This document shows positions 9,099-17,178 of a stretch of DNA of 32,000 nt, piece after piece; within the stretch, counting starts at the first letter, position 1; the number at the start of each line of letters is the position of its first letter. The position numbers and the translations under genes were made by a program. The stretch spans positions 30,001 through 62,000 of the forward strand of contig JAQTTP010000002.1 in assembly GCA_028710695.1 (NCBI GenBank), given 5' to 3'. The notes beneath the pieces were generated by a model. The model had not been told where the DNA came from. It made no database searches and saw only the letters and a program-made list of their open reading frames with translations. Origin of the DNA: Candidatus Iainarchaeum sp. Lineage in GTDB: Archaea; Iainarchaeota; Iainarchaeia; Iainarchaeales; 0-14-0-20-30-16.

Positions 9099-9863
9099 AT
9101 GGAACAAAAAGGAATGTTTTCAGATTTAAACCCAAACACCTATAACGACTTTTACAAAAAAAATCTAAAAACCGTATTCTTAGCAATTCCAAGCAATTAT
9201 TTTTATTTAAGAGCAGACATAAGTGCTTTTGTTTTAAATCAAGGGCTTTGCCCCCTAAACCCATACATGAATTTCGATTATAACCTTCTAAATACAATCC
9301 CAAAAAAGATAACAAGAATTGCAAACAACAATCTAATAAAAAAATCAGATGAGTTGTGGGTTTTTTGTGAAGACCCCGAAAAACTCACAGATGGAGTTCT
9401 ATTTGAAATATATTTAGCAAACAAGGAAAACAAAAAAATAAAATATTTCCTGATTCCTGATTTTAAAGAATTAAAAATTAACCTGCAAGGAAGCAAAGAG
9501 CATTATGGAAACGAACTACTAAATGAAGACTGGAAAATAGTTTACACCGCAATGAGCAGCAAATTATTTTATTATAGGAATTTTATTTCAAAGTTCGCAC
9601 TTGACAATAAAGTAATTCCGCTAAATCCATTTACCTCTTTTGATTATTTTTTAGCAGATAAAACAAACAGGAATTCTATCTTGCTTGCAAATTCCAGATT
9701 TATTGAACTTGCAGACGAGTTGTGGAGTTTCGGCAAATTAAGTGATGGCATCCAAGCAGAAATAAAACTGGTAAAATCAATAGGAAAAAAAGTAAGATAT
9801 TTCAAAACAGATAAAAAGAATATTATTGAAATAAAAGAAGAAGATGCAGAATTGGAGAATTAA
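9099..9863 (+). CDS. Protein built from two tandem copies of a ~100-aa Rossmann-like (nucleoside deoxyribosyltransferase/DUF4406-like) domain
   Basis: The two halves align: VFLAIPSNYFYLRADISAFVLNQGLCPLNPYMNFDY...SDELWVF...TDGVLFEI...KKIKYF versus IVYTAMSSKLFYYRNFISKFALDNKVIPLNPFTSFDY...ADELWSF...SDGIQAEI...KKVRYF. Confidence 0.5.
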   Translation: MEQKGMFSDLNPNTYNDFYKKNLKTVFLAIPSNYFYLRADISAFVLNQGLCPLNPYMNFDYNLLNTIPKKITRIANNNLIKKSDELWVFCEDPEKLTDGVLFEIYLANKENKKIKYFLIPDFKELKINLQGSKEHYGNELLNEDWKIVYTAMSSKLFYYRNFISKFALDNKVIPLNPFTSFDYFLADKTNRNSILLANSRFIELADELWSFGKLSDGIQAEIKLVKSIGKKVRYFKTDKKNIIEIKEEDAELEN

Positions 9864-10288
9864 ATTTTTTCATAAATCATCTTGATATGTTTAATTCCGG
9901 CATCATCAAATGGTTTTCCAACTTCTTTAAATCCAAGTTTTTTGTAGTAATCTAACAAATAGTATTGTGCGTTCATATAGATTTCATTGTAGCCTTTTTC
10001 TTTGGCCGCTTTTATCATTTCTTTTGTAACCACTTGTCCAAGATGTTTTCCCCTAAACTCTACTAACACAGCAACTCTTTCAAGTTTTGCTTTTCCACCC
10101 ACAAATCTTAATCTTCCACATGCAGCAGGTTTATTTTCATTATAAAGAATAAAATGGATTGCATCTTTATCAAAAGCATCTTTTTCTATTTCTTTAGAAA
10201 TTCCCTGGCCTTTAATAAAAACTTCTTCTCTTATTTTAAAAATAGCATTTAATTCTTCTTTTGTTTCTGCAATTTTTACAGTTATCAT
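9860..10288 (-). CDS. GNAT family N-acetyltransferase
   Basis: 142 aa. The acetyl-CoA motif region is VAVLVEFRGKHLGQVVTKEMI. Confidence 0.85.
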   Translation of the reverse strand: MITVKIAETKEELNAIFKIREEVFIKGQGISKEIEKDAFDKDAIHFILYNENKPAACGRLRFVGGKAKLERVAVLVEFRGKHLGQVVTKEMIKAAKEKGYNEIYMNAQYYLLDYYKKLGFKEVGKPFDDAGIKHIKMIYEKI

Positions 10289-10295
10289 TAAATCA

Positions 10296-10907
10296 CTAAA
10301 AGTATTTTACAATTTCGCCACTCTTTTTATCTCTAGATAATATCATTGCTTTTTTTACTTGTTCCAAATTCTTTCCTGTATATCTAAGCACATTTTCATG
10401 CTTAAAATCTTTGTTCCATGCCTGATCAGGCATTATTACTAATCCCCTGGGCCTATTTCTCAACCAATCAATAATATATTCGGGATAATCATCAACTAAA
10501 ATTTTTCCATAAACAAGGCCCTTATCTTCAGATATTGTAATACTAACATCATACTCTGCAAGATTTGTTTTTATCCATTCAACTTTTTCAGTATAGGCAT
10601 TAGGAGAACTCCTTGGCCCTTTTGTCAAAATGTTTATTGAAAAATCAAGTTCTCTTGCCAAATTTAATATATCAAAACCGGGTTTGTATTTTTCAAGCTT
10701 TGCCCACCAGCCTGGCTGATTTCTAATTAATTTAATTCTTGCTTTTAAAGCAGGGCTATTTTGTATTTTTGGACTAAAAGATTCATATTCCGGATCTCCA
10801 CTACTCTTTATCAAGTTATAATCCGCAATAATCGCCTTGTCATAATCACAAAGAGTGCCGTCTAAATCAAAAAGAGCAATATTGTCATGATTTTGTTCTT
10901 TTTCCAT
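10296..10907 (-). CDS. HAD-superfamily hydrolase, 5'(3')-deoxyribonucleotidase (NT5C)-like
   Basis: HAD motif I FDLDGTLCDY and a late VDDYPEY acidic motif. Size and layout are typical of the NT5C family. Confidence 0.55.
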   Translation of the reverse strand: MEKEQNHDNIALFDLDGTLCDYDKAIIADYNLIKSSGDPEYESFSPKIQNSPALKARIKLIRNQPGWWAKLEKYKPGFDILNLARELDFSINILTKGPRSSPNAYTEKVEWIKTNLAEYDVSITISEDKGLVYGKILVDDYPEYIIDWLRNRPRGLVIMPDQAWNKDFKHENVLRYTGKNLEQVKKAMILSRDKKSGEIVKYF

Positions 10908-10911
10908 AAAA

Positions 10912-11493
10912 TCACATCATATTCAATAGTCCATCTACTGCTGTTTTGTTTTCTTTTATTCCATCCTCTTCAGTAAAATGGCCTTTATTTCTCTCAACAA
11001 CTATTTTTGCACCTAATTTTTCTTTAAAAATCTCTGAATCATTAAATGGCACATAAGGATCATTGTTTGAAAATATACACAAGAATTCATTTGTGTGCGT
11101 TTTTATCTTTGAGAAATCAATAGGTGTTTCTACCCAAGGCTTTACAATTTTAACTGATTCTTCGCCTTCTTCCTTTATTGTATTTTCATCCAAATGCATC
11201 CAAGGAGCAATAAATACTACTCCGCCGATTTTTGTTTTTGAATCTAATTCTTGCAAAAATCTCATAATTGCTTGGCATCCAATTGAATGTCCAATAAAAT
11301 AAGTATCTTCATCTAATTTTCCAACATTTTTCTGCAAAAAGGGAATCCATTTCTCTATCTTTGGGCTTTCTGAATTTGGCATTTTTGGAACTATTACTTC
11401 AAAACCCTTTTTCTCAAGTTCTGCTTTCATCCAAGCATGCATTGCTTCCTTAGGGCTTCCGGCCCATCCGTGAACTATAATCACTTTTGTCAT
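10912..11493 (-). CDS. Alpha/beta serine hydrolase (YdeN/RBBP9-like)
   Basis: VIIVHGWAGSP, the nucleophile elbow GHSIGCQ, and a C-terminal GHF. Confidence 0.7.
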   Translation of the reverse strand: MTKVIIVHGWAGSPKEAMHAWMKAELEKKGFEVIVPKMPNSESPKIEKWIPFLQKNVGKLDEDTYFIGHSIGCQAIMRFLQELDSKTKIGGVVFIAPWMHLDENTIKEEGEESVKIVKPWVETPIDFSKIKTHTNEFLCIFSNNDPYVPFNDSEIFKEKLGAKIVVERNKGHFTEEDGIKENKTAVDGLLNMM

Positions 11494-11543
11494 AATATAT
11501 TATGTCCTATACAAATATATTTTTTTGCATAAGTATTTTTCCC

Positions 11544-11618
11544 TTAGGCTTACGACCCTCACCTTACCCGTCAGCCTAAAAGTTAGGCTTACATATATTT
11601 ATAAGGTTGTCAGCCTAA
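11544..11618 (+). promoter_or_regulatory. Double inverted-repeat operator spanning the TATA box of the Fic gene
   Basis: TTAGGCTTAC-N16-GTCAGCCTAA occurs at 11544-11579, followed by AAG, then TTAGGCTTAC-N16-GTCAGCCTAA again at 11583-11618. The second spacer is ATATATTTATAAGGTT, a TATA-like box, and the ATG is at 11628. Confidence 0.6.
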
Positions 11619-11627
11619 TATTATATT

Positions 11628-12566
11628 ATGGGTTTAAGATCAAAAAAAGTTTCAGGAAAGGATTATTATTATTTAGATCTTAGCTACAGGCTATTACATA
11701 AAGCAAAAACATACAGCAAATATGTCGGATCTAATAAACCAACTGCACAAAAATTAAAATTGATCGAATCAAATTTTAAAGATGAAATAATAAAAAAATT
11801 GACAAAAACAGATTATGAGTGTAATTTAATTAGTAAAGATGATTTCATCAGAGCCATTTTGTTTAGAGATTTATTTTACAAAAAATATAAGGCACTAACA
11901 CCAACAAAAAGAAAAAAATACGACATAGATAACACAATAATCTTTACTTTAACTACTTTAACCACTGAGGATGTGCAAGTAAACTTAGAAGATGTAATTA
12001 ATGCTTATGAAAAAAACAAAGATCTAAACATTAAAGAACAAATAAGTAAAAACATGCTTAACGCAATAGAAAAACTTAAAGAAAACAAAACAATAACTCT
12101 TGATTACATATTGGGCCTACATGGCTTAATAATGAGTAATTTTGAATCAAAAACACCGGGACTTATAAGAAATAAACAAGTAAAAATACATAAAACAGAC
12201 AAAAATCATCCTTTAGGCGCAGAAATAGCATACAACCCACCGCACTATTCTACAATATTACCAAAACTTAAAGAATTTGTGGATTGGTTAAATAATTCAA
12301 AACTAAATCCTATTGAAAAGTCTGCGTTAGCACATTATAAAATGTATTTGATACATCCATTTTTAGATGGCAACAAAAGAACTTGCAGATTAATATTCAA
12401 CAAAATTCTTCTTAACAATTGTTTTCCACTAATTAACATCTCTCAAGACAAAGACAAATATTTTGACAGATTATTAGAATCAACAGAAAAGCAAGACCCA
12501 AAGTATTTCGTAAATTTTGTAAGAGAGCAATATTTGTTACAAACAAAGAAATTTTTAAACAGATAA
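11628..12566 (+). CDS. Fic/DOC family protein with a Lys-containing (Doc-like) active-site motif
   Basis: HPFLDGNKRTCR matches HxFx(D/E)GN(G/K)RxxR. The conserved upstream TLTTED resembles the (S/T)xxxE(G/N) inhibitory motif. 312 aa. Confidence 0.85.
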   Translation: MGLRSKKVSGKDYYYLDLSYRLLHKAKTYSKYVGSNKPTAQKLKLIESNFKDEIIKKLTKTDYECNLISKDDFIRAILFRDLFYKKYKALTPTKRKKYDIDNTIIFTLTTLTTEDVQVNLEDVINAYEKNKDLNIKEQISKNMLNAIEKLKENKTITLDYILGLHGLIMSNFESKTPGLIRNKQVKIHKTDKNHPLGAEIAYNPPHYSTILPKLKEFVDWLNNSKLNPIEKSALAHYKMYLIHPFLDGNKRTCRLIFNKILLNNCFPLINISQDKDKYFDRLLESTEKQDPKYFVNFVREQYLLQTKKFLNR

Positions 12567-12579
12567 TTTGAGGAAGATC

Positions 12580-13593
12580 ATGATGGAAAAATTAACTTTT
12601 GCTTTTAGGGAATACAGCCCCTTATATTGGGCAATATTAGCAAATAATTCAAAAACTGATTACATTTTCATAACAAAGGGAAAAGATAGTGTTTGCTATT
12701 ATCTTGGCAGCCTAAAAAAGTTCGACAAAGTAAGAAAAAACCTACAACACAAAAAGTTTAGAGAAAAATTAATTCAAGACATAAAAAATAACAATAAATT
12801 ATTACAAAACTACAAACACGCACCTAATCTATCAAAACTAAATTTAAAAGAATTACAAAAGAGTTTCAAAGCAGGAATAGAACTTGCTTTAAAATGGCAA
12901 AAGACTTATCATTTAACAGAAGAAGAATATTGGAAGGGGTTAGAGGATTCTATTTCTGAATCAGAACAGAAAGAATTAACACACTTAAGATTTGAATCAA
13001 AAAAACTAATAAGAAAACATTGGAAACATTTGGTTCACGACATTCTAGAAGAAATTTCAAGAAAAACACAAATAGATTTGGATGATTTCTGGAATTATAC
13101 TTATGAGGAAATATTAAAATTACCAAAAAAGCCAAGCACAAAATCAATAAATTCTAGAAGAAAGGAATGGGGACTAATAAAAACAAAAAATAAAAAAAGA
13201 CTTATGACAAACAAAGAATTGCAAAAATATCAAAAACTAATAGCAAAAGAAACAAAATTAGAAAACAAGGAATTTTCTGGTTTACCTGTACACAAAGGAG
13301 AGGTTATTGGCATTGTTAAAGTAATAAGATCAAGAGATATAAATCAAGACAAGGTTTTTGATCTAAAAAATAAAATTCTTGTAACAGAAATGACCAAACC
13401 AGAGCTTGTTCCATTTTTAGGTGGCTGTTTAGGAATTATTACTGATGAAGGTGGATTACTTTGCCACGCATCTATTGTAGCAAGAGAGTTTAATATTCCA
13501 TGTATTGTTGGCACAAAAATAGCAACAAAAGTCCTAAAGAACAACACAAAAGTCAAGTTAGATGCAAATACTGGAAAGGTTTCAATACTTTAA
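12580..13593 (+). CDS. Protein with a C-terminal PEP-utilizing-enzyme mobile (swivel, phospho-His) domain and a Lys-rich N-terminal region of unknown function
   Basis: GEVIGIVKVI...ILVTEMTKPELVPFLGGCLGIITDEGGLLCHASIVAREFNIPCIVG contains the conserved His-A-x-I-x-AR signature. The ATG lies 13 nt after the Fic stop, preceded by AGGAAG. Confidence 0.7.
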   Translation: MMEKLTFAFREYSPLYWAILANNSKTDYIFITKGKDSVCYYLGSLKKFDKVRKNLQHKKFREKLIQDIKNNNKLLQNYKHAPNLSKLNLKELQKSFKAGIELALKWQKTYHLTEEEYWKGLEDSISESEQKELTHLRFESKKLIRKHWKHLVHDILEEISRKTQIDLDDFWNYTYEEILKLPKKPSTKSINSRRKEWGLIKTKNKKRLMTNKELQKYQKLIAKETKLENKEFSGLPVHKGEVIGIVKVIRSRDINQDKVFDLKNKILVTEMTKPELVPFLGGCLGIITDEGGLLCHASIVAREFNIPCIVGTKIATKVLKNNTKVKLDANTGKVSIL

Positions 13594-13735
13594 CGTTTAG
13601 AAACAGGTTTATTATTATCTCCAAATAGCTTTTTTCTTAAAGTATCTTTAGAAATATAGTCTCCTGCTTTAATTCTTGCCCTTGCTTTTTCTATTGATTT
13701 TACTGCACTCAAGCTTAATTCTTTACACACAAGAA

Positions 13736-14146
13736 TCACTTCTTAAAGAAACCATCAATCATTTTCTTTGCATCATCTAAAGTTTTATACTCTTTAATTA
13801 TAAAATACTTATTCCCGCCAACCATTGCAGAAAGCTTCTTTCCATCTTGGGGTCTATATAAGCAATACACTTTCTTTCCTAAAGACTCACCAATTCCAAG
13901 CTCATAACCAACACCCAAAGATGGTTGAGTTACTTCCGCAACAATAACATCTGCCTCTTTTATCCAGGACATATCTCTATTGTAAATATAATCTTCAGAA
14001 TGTGATTCCCCTTGAGATGAAAGGTTCTCATTTCCTATGTGCTCAGTTAGCACTTTTCCATATTTCCCAAGGTGGTTAATAATCTGCAGGTAGGTATCTT
14101 TATCATCTCTTCCGCCTCTAATTGATCCTGCAAAATATATTTTCAT
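13736..14146 (-). CDS. DNPH1/Rcl-like 2'-deoxynucleoside 5'-phosphate N-hydrolase (nucleoside 2-deoxyribosyltransferase fold)
   Basis: MKIYFAGSIRGGRDD...VLTEHI...ADVIVAEVTQPSLGVGYELG closely follows the DNPH1 signature. The ATG at 14146 is preferred over the GTG at 14155. Confidence 0.8.
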   Translation of the reverse strand: MKIYFAGSIRGGRDDKDTYLQIINHLGKYGKVLTEHIGNENLSSQGESHSEDYIYNRDMSWIKEADVIVAEVTQPSLGVGYELGIGESLGKKVYCLYRPQDGKKLSAMVGGNKYFIIKEYKTLDDAKKMIDGFFKK

Positions 14147-14155
14147 ATTTATCAC

Positions 14156-14629
14156 TTAAATCTCTGCAAATAAAACAACATAGTTCTTCCCATACTTCTT
14201 TGCGCATTTAGGGCAAGTTGTGTAATAGAAATAAATCTTCTTTGCTGTTTTGCCTTTTGCTTTCACATACTCTAACATTTCTTTATACCATTTTCCTGCA
14301 TCCCTATATGGGCCTTCAAATACTCTTGTTAAAAAAGTGCCAGAAATCTTTACATTTTCTATCCCGTTTACTTCTTTTCTTACTGCCAAGTATTGCTCGC
14401 TTTTCCAAGGAGAAACATCCAAGGTAAGAAGTAACCATTCTCTTGGATCTACTGCTGCTTTTGAGGCTTCTACCTTACTTACCATTCTCTTTATTACTGA
14501 ACCAAAATTCAGCGGAATATGGAAAAAGCAAGTTACTTTGTCTTTAACAAAAAGCTTGTCTTTCAATACTACTTCTCTGCCATTAAATGGCTTAGGATTA
14601 AACTTCGGACAACATATATCTTTATTCAT
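14156..14629 (-). CDS. Conserved hypothetical protein with N-terminal CC and C-terminal CPKC cysteine motifs
   Basis: 157 aa, with AAGGGGG upstream of the ATG. The sequence reads MNKDICCPKF...FFHIPLNFG...YYTTCPKCAKKYGKNYVV. The stop abuts the start region of the DNPH1-like gene. Confidence 0.5.
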   Translation of the reverse strand: MNKDICCPKFNPKPFNGREVVLKDKLFVKDKVTCFFHIPLNFGSVIKRMVSKVEASKAAVDPREWLLLTLDVSPWKSEQYLAVRKEVNGIENVKISGTFLTRVFEGPYRDAGKWYKEMLEYVKAKGKTAKKIYFYYTTCPKCAKKYGKNYVVLFAEI

Positions 14630-14640
14630 AAAAAACCCCC

Positions 14641-15759
14641 TTACTTAGGAACATAATCTATTGTTTCTAGAGTTCCCAATTCATCTACCACTTGTTTAAA
14701 CACAATTTCTTTTCCTGCTGTACCATCTGACAAAATAGAGTATATTCCACTTGCACCCACATAATCTTTTACATTTAATAAATAATCATGAATACAATCT
14801 TTATTATCCCCACAATTCTTATATGCAGCATATTCTAAATGTATTGCATCATAAGCAACTCTTGCCAATACTGCCGGATTTTCATTATATTTATCTTTAA
14901 ATTTTTTTTCAAATTCAAACATATACTCTGATTCCGTCATCCCAGGAATTGCAATTACCATTCCAATTGCATTTTCTTTTGCAGTCTTAAATAAATCAGG
15001 ATTTTCCGCTTCTTCATAGGTTATTATTGGTTTATTAATTCCCATACTTTTTAGTTGATTTAACATAGATCCCAAATTGGGGCCCATATGGACAAGTTGT
15101 AAAACATCAGGATTTTTTTCAAGTATCTTTGTAAGTACATCTTTAAAGTCATATTGTTCCAAAGCTGTTTCTTCAAGTACCAATACTTTCCCACCTAAAT
15201 TTTCAAACTCTTTAGCAAAGTTTTTTCCATAGGATTTCCCCATATCAGTGTTATAATGAATTATTCCCACTGTATTTGCATCCCAATAATCTTTTGCAAA
15301 TTTAGCCTGCGCTTTTGCACTATATGCACTTGCAATATTTGGAGAGAAAACATATTCTCCCGAAGTTAGAATCATATCTGAAGCAGTAGAAATCTGCATT
15401 ACAGAAATTTTTTTTGGTTCAGTTACTGCCGAAATTGGAGGCATAGCAATAACACAGAAATTTCCACCTACAAAATCAATCTCATCAATTTCAACTAATT
15501 TTGATATCGCAGTAGTAGCATCTTTAGGATAACAGGCATCTTCATAAATTAATTCTATTTTACTTTTGTTTTCTGGATTTGCATTAATTTCTTCAACTGC
15601 CAAATCCAGCCCTTTCTTTATTTCTTCACCATAGCTTGCCATAGCGCCAGTCAAAGGTAGAGTAATACCTATTTTTACGCCATTATCTGGATTAGAACCC
15701 ACACACCCCGACAAAAGAATCAATAAAACTAGGCTAATAGAGATATATAGCTTAATCAT
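14641..15759 (-). CDS. LivJ-type solute-binding lipoprotein (paralog of 1409-2521)
   Basis: Lipobox LLSGC. KIGITLPLTGAMASYGEEIKKGLDLAVEEIN. GGTGAT precedes the ATG. Confidence 0.8.
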   Translation of the reverse strand: MIKLYISISLVLLILLSGCVGSNPDNGVKIGITLPLTGAMASYGEEIKKGLDLAVEEINANPENKSKIELIYEDACYPKDATTAISKLVEIDEIDFVGGNFCVIAMPPISAVTEPKKISVMQISTASDMILTSGEYVFSPNIASAYSAKAQAKFAKDYWDANTVGIIHYNTDMGKSYGKNFAKEFENLGGKVLVLEETALEQYDFKDVLTKILEKNPDVLQLVHMGPNLGSMLNQLKSMGINKPIITYEEAENPDLFKTAKENAIGMVIAIPGMTESEYMFEFEKKFKDKYNENPAVLARVAYDAIHLEYAAYKNCGDNKDCIHDYLLNVKDYVGASGIYSILSDGTAGKEIVFKQVVDELGTLETIDYVPK

Positions 15760-15789
15760 AATATCACCAACAAAGAATAAGAGTTAGAA

Positions 15790-16074
15790 TTAACTCTTAA
15801 CTCTACAATTTCTTAAGTCTTTCAGTTCTGCAGCATATCTGCCATCAGGCGATGTTCTTAGAACTTTGCCATTATAGATTTCCATATAAGCTTTCTTTCC
15901 ATCTTCAAGCAAGAAATAGAATTTAGTTCCATATTCTTTCATTTCGGCCATAACTTCAGATGTTGAGATTATCTCTCTTGATAGCTTTTTATCTCCAGAT
16001 TCTGGGTTAATTACACCCACTTTCTCCAGTTTATTATCGCTGCTTAAAACAACACAAACAATTTCTTTTTCCAT
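15790..16074 (-). CDS. DUF3892-like small protein
   Basis: 94 aa. The C-terminal KVLRTSPDGRYAAELKDLRNC resembles the DUF3892 signature (xLRTxPDGxxxNNLxxLPxC). Confidence 0.45.
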   Translation of the reverse strand: MEKEIVCVVLSSDNKLEKVGVINPESGDKKLSREIISTSEVMAEMKEYGTKFYFLLEDGKKAYMEIYNGKVLRTSPDGRYAAELKDLRNCRVKS

Positions 16075-16177
16075 AGTTCCACTCCCCTTAACTCTTTGAA
16101 ATATAATTAGTATTTGTTATTCTATAGGCTTTTTGAGAATTTATTCTTTTCTATCGGGGGGCAGAGTAGAAAACTTC

Positions 16178-16213
16178 GCAGGTAGGGACAAAGACTAAAC
16201 CGCAGAGGTTAGG
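16178..16213 (+). repeat. Copy A of a purine-rich ~35-bp repeat
   Basis: GCAGGTAGGGACAAAGACTAAACCGCAGAGGTTAGG. Related copies lie at 17317 and 17680. It contains GCAGRG(G)TAG sub-repeats at 16161, 16178 and 16202. Confidence 0.6.
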
Positions 16214-16229
16214 AGAAAAGGGGGAAAAA

Positions 16230-17168
16230 TCATTTTTCCAAAAAAGTCTTAATTTGTTTAAAGTATTGTTCTTTTGAGAATTTTACAAAAAATTCTGGGT
16301 CTTGTTTTTCCGTTGATTTAATAAGACTATCAAAATATTGGCTTCTTTTATCTGAGATATTCATTAATGGAAACCCACAATCCAGCAGTATTTTGTTAAA
16401 AATCAGTCTACAAGTCCTTTTATTACCATCTAAAAAAGGGTGTATTAAATACAACTTGTAATGTGCCAAAACAGATTTTTCTAGAGGATTAAGTTTACTT
16501 CCCCTAACCCAAGCAACAAAATCATCAAGCAACTTAGTTATTTGTTCAGGTTTTGGTGGCTTATAACTTATTTCAATTCCAAGAGGATTTTTTTCATCCC
16601 TTTTGTGAATATATACATCTTTTGTTCTAATTAAACCGGGCGTTTTATTTTCAAATTCTTTCATAGTCAAGGAGTGTAGATCCAATAAATATTTTTTTGT
16701 AAACTCTTGTTTTTTCTTAATTTGCTCAACAGCATCAATCATGTTCTTACTAATCTTTTCTTTAGCGGTTAAACCATAATCTTGTTCATAAGCCCTAGCA
16801 ACATCATCCAAACTAACATCAACATCTTCAGTAGTTAAAGTTGTCAAGGTAAATAAAATTGTTGAGTCAATCTCATATTTTTTTCTCTTTGTTGGACTTA
16901 ATGCCTTGAATTTTTTGTTAAATGCATCTCTAAACAAAAAAGTTCTAATAACATCATCTTTACTTATTAAATTACAACCATATTTTTTACCAGATATTTT
17001 TTCTATTATTTTATCCTTAAAGTCTTCTTCCAGTTCCTTTATCTTTTTATTAGTTGGTTTTTTTAGACCAAGGTATTTGGCAAAGCTTTGCGATTTTGTA
17101 AGAACACGGTAACTTAAATTCAAATAGTAGTATTTTTTTCCAGCCCTAGTTTTTACTTTTAAACCCAT
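16230..17168 (-). CDS. Fic/DOC family protein (inverted paralog of 11628-12566)
   Basis: MGLKVKTRAGKKYYYLNLSYR..., with an identical HPFLDGNKRTCRLIFNKILL and FTLTTLTTEDV. 312 aa from the ATG at 17168. The ORF-track extension to 17216 reads through the operator and is rejected. Confidence 0.85.
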   Translation of the reverse strand: MGLKVKTRAGKKYYYLNLSYRVLTKSQSFAKYLGLKKPTNKKIKELEEDFKDKIIEKISGKKYGCNLISKDDVIRTFLFRDAFNKKFKALSPTKRKKYEIDSTILFTLTTLTTEDVDVSLDDVARAYEQDYGLTAKEKISKNMIDAVEQIKKKQEFTKKYLLDLHSLTMKEFENKTPGLIRTKDVYIHKRDEKNPLGIEISYKPPKPEQITKLLDDFVAWVRGSKLNPLEKSVLAHYKLYLIHPFLDGNKRTCRLIFNKILLDCGFPLMNISDKRSQYFDSLIKSTEKQDPEFFVKFSKEQYFKQIKTFLEK

Positions 17169-17178
17169 AATTATTATA

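Noticed and set aside
16141-16229. GC-richer intergenic patches examined as possible tRNA or other small RNA genes (also 17317-17352 and 17640-17713)
   Set aside because: I could not build a cloverleaf: there is no acceptor or T-arm pairing and no GTTCRAATC-like T-loop. I found no C/D-box (RUGAUGA...CUGA) arrangement either. They are recorded only as repeats.
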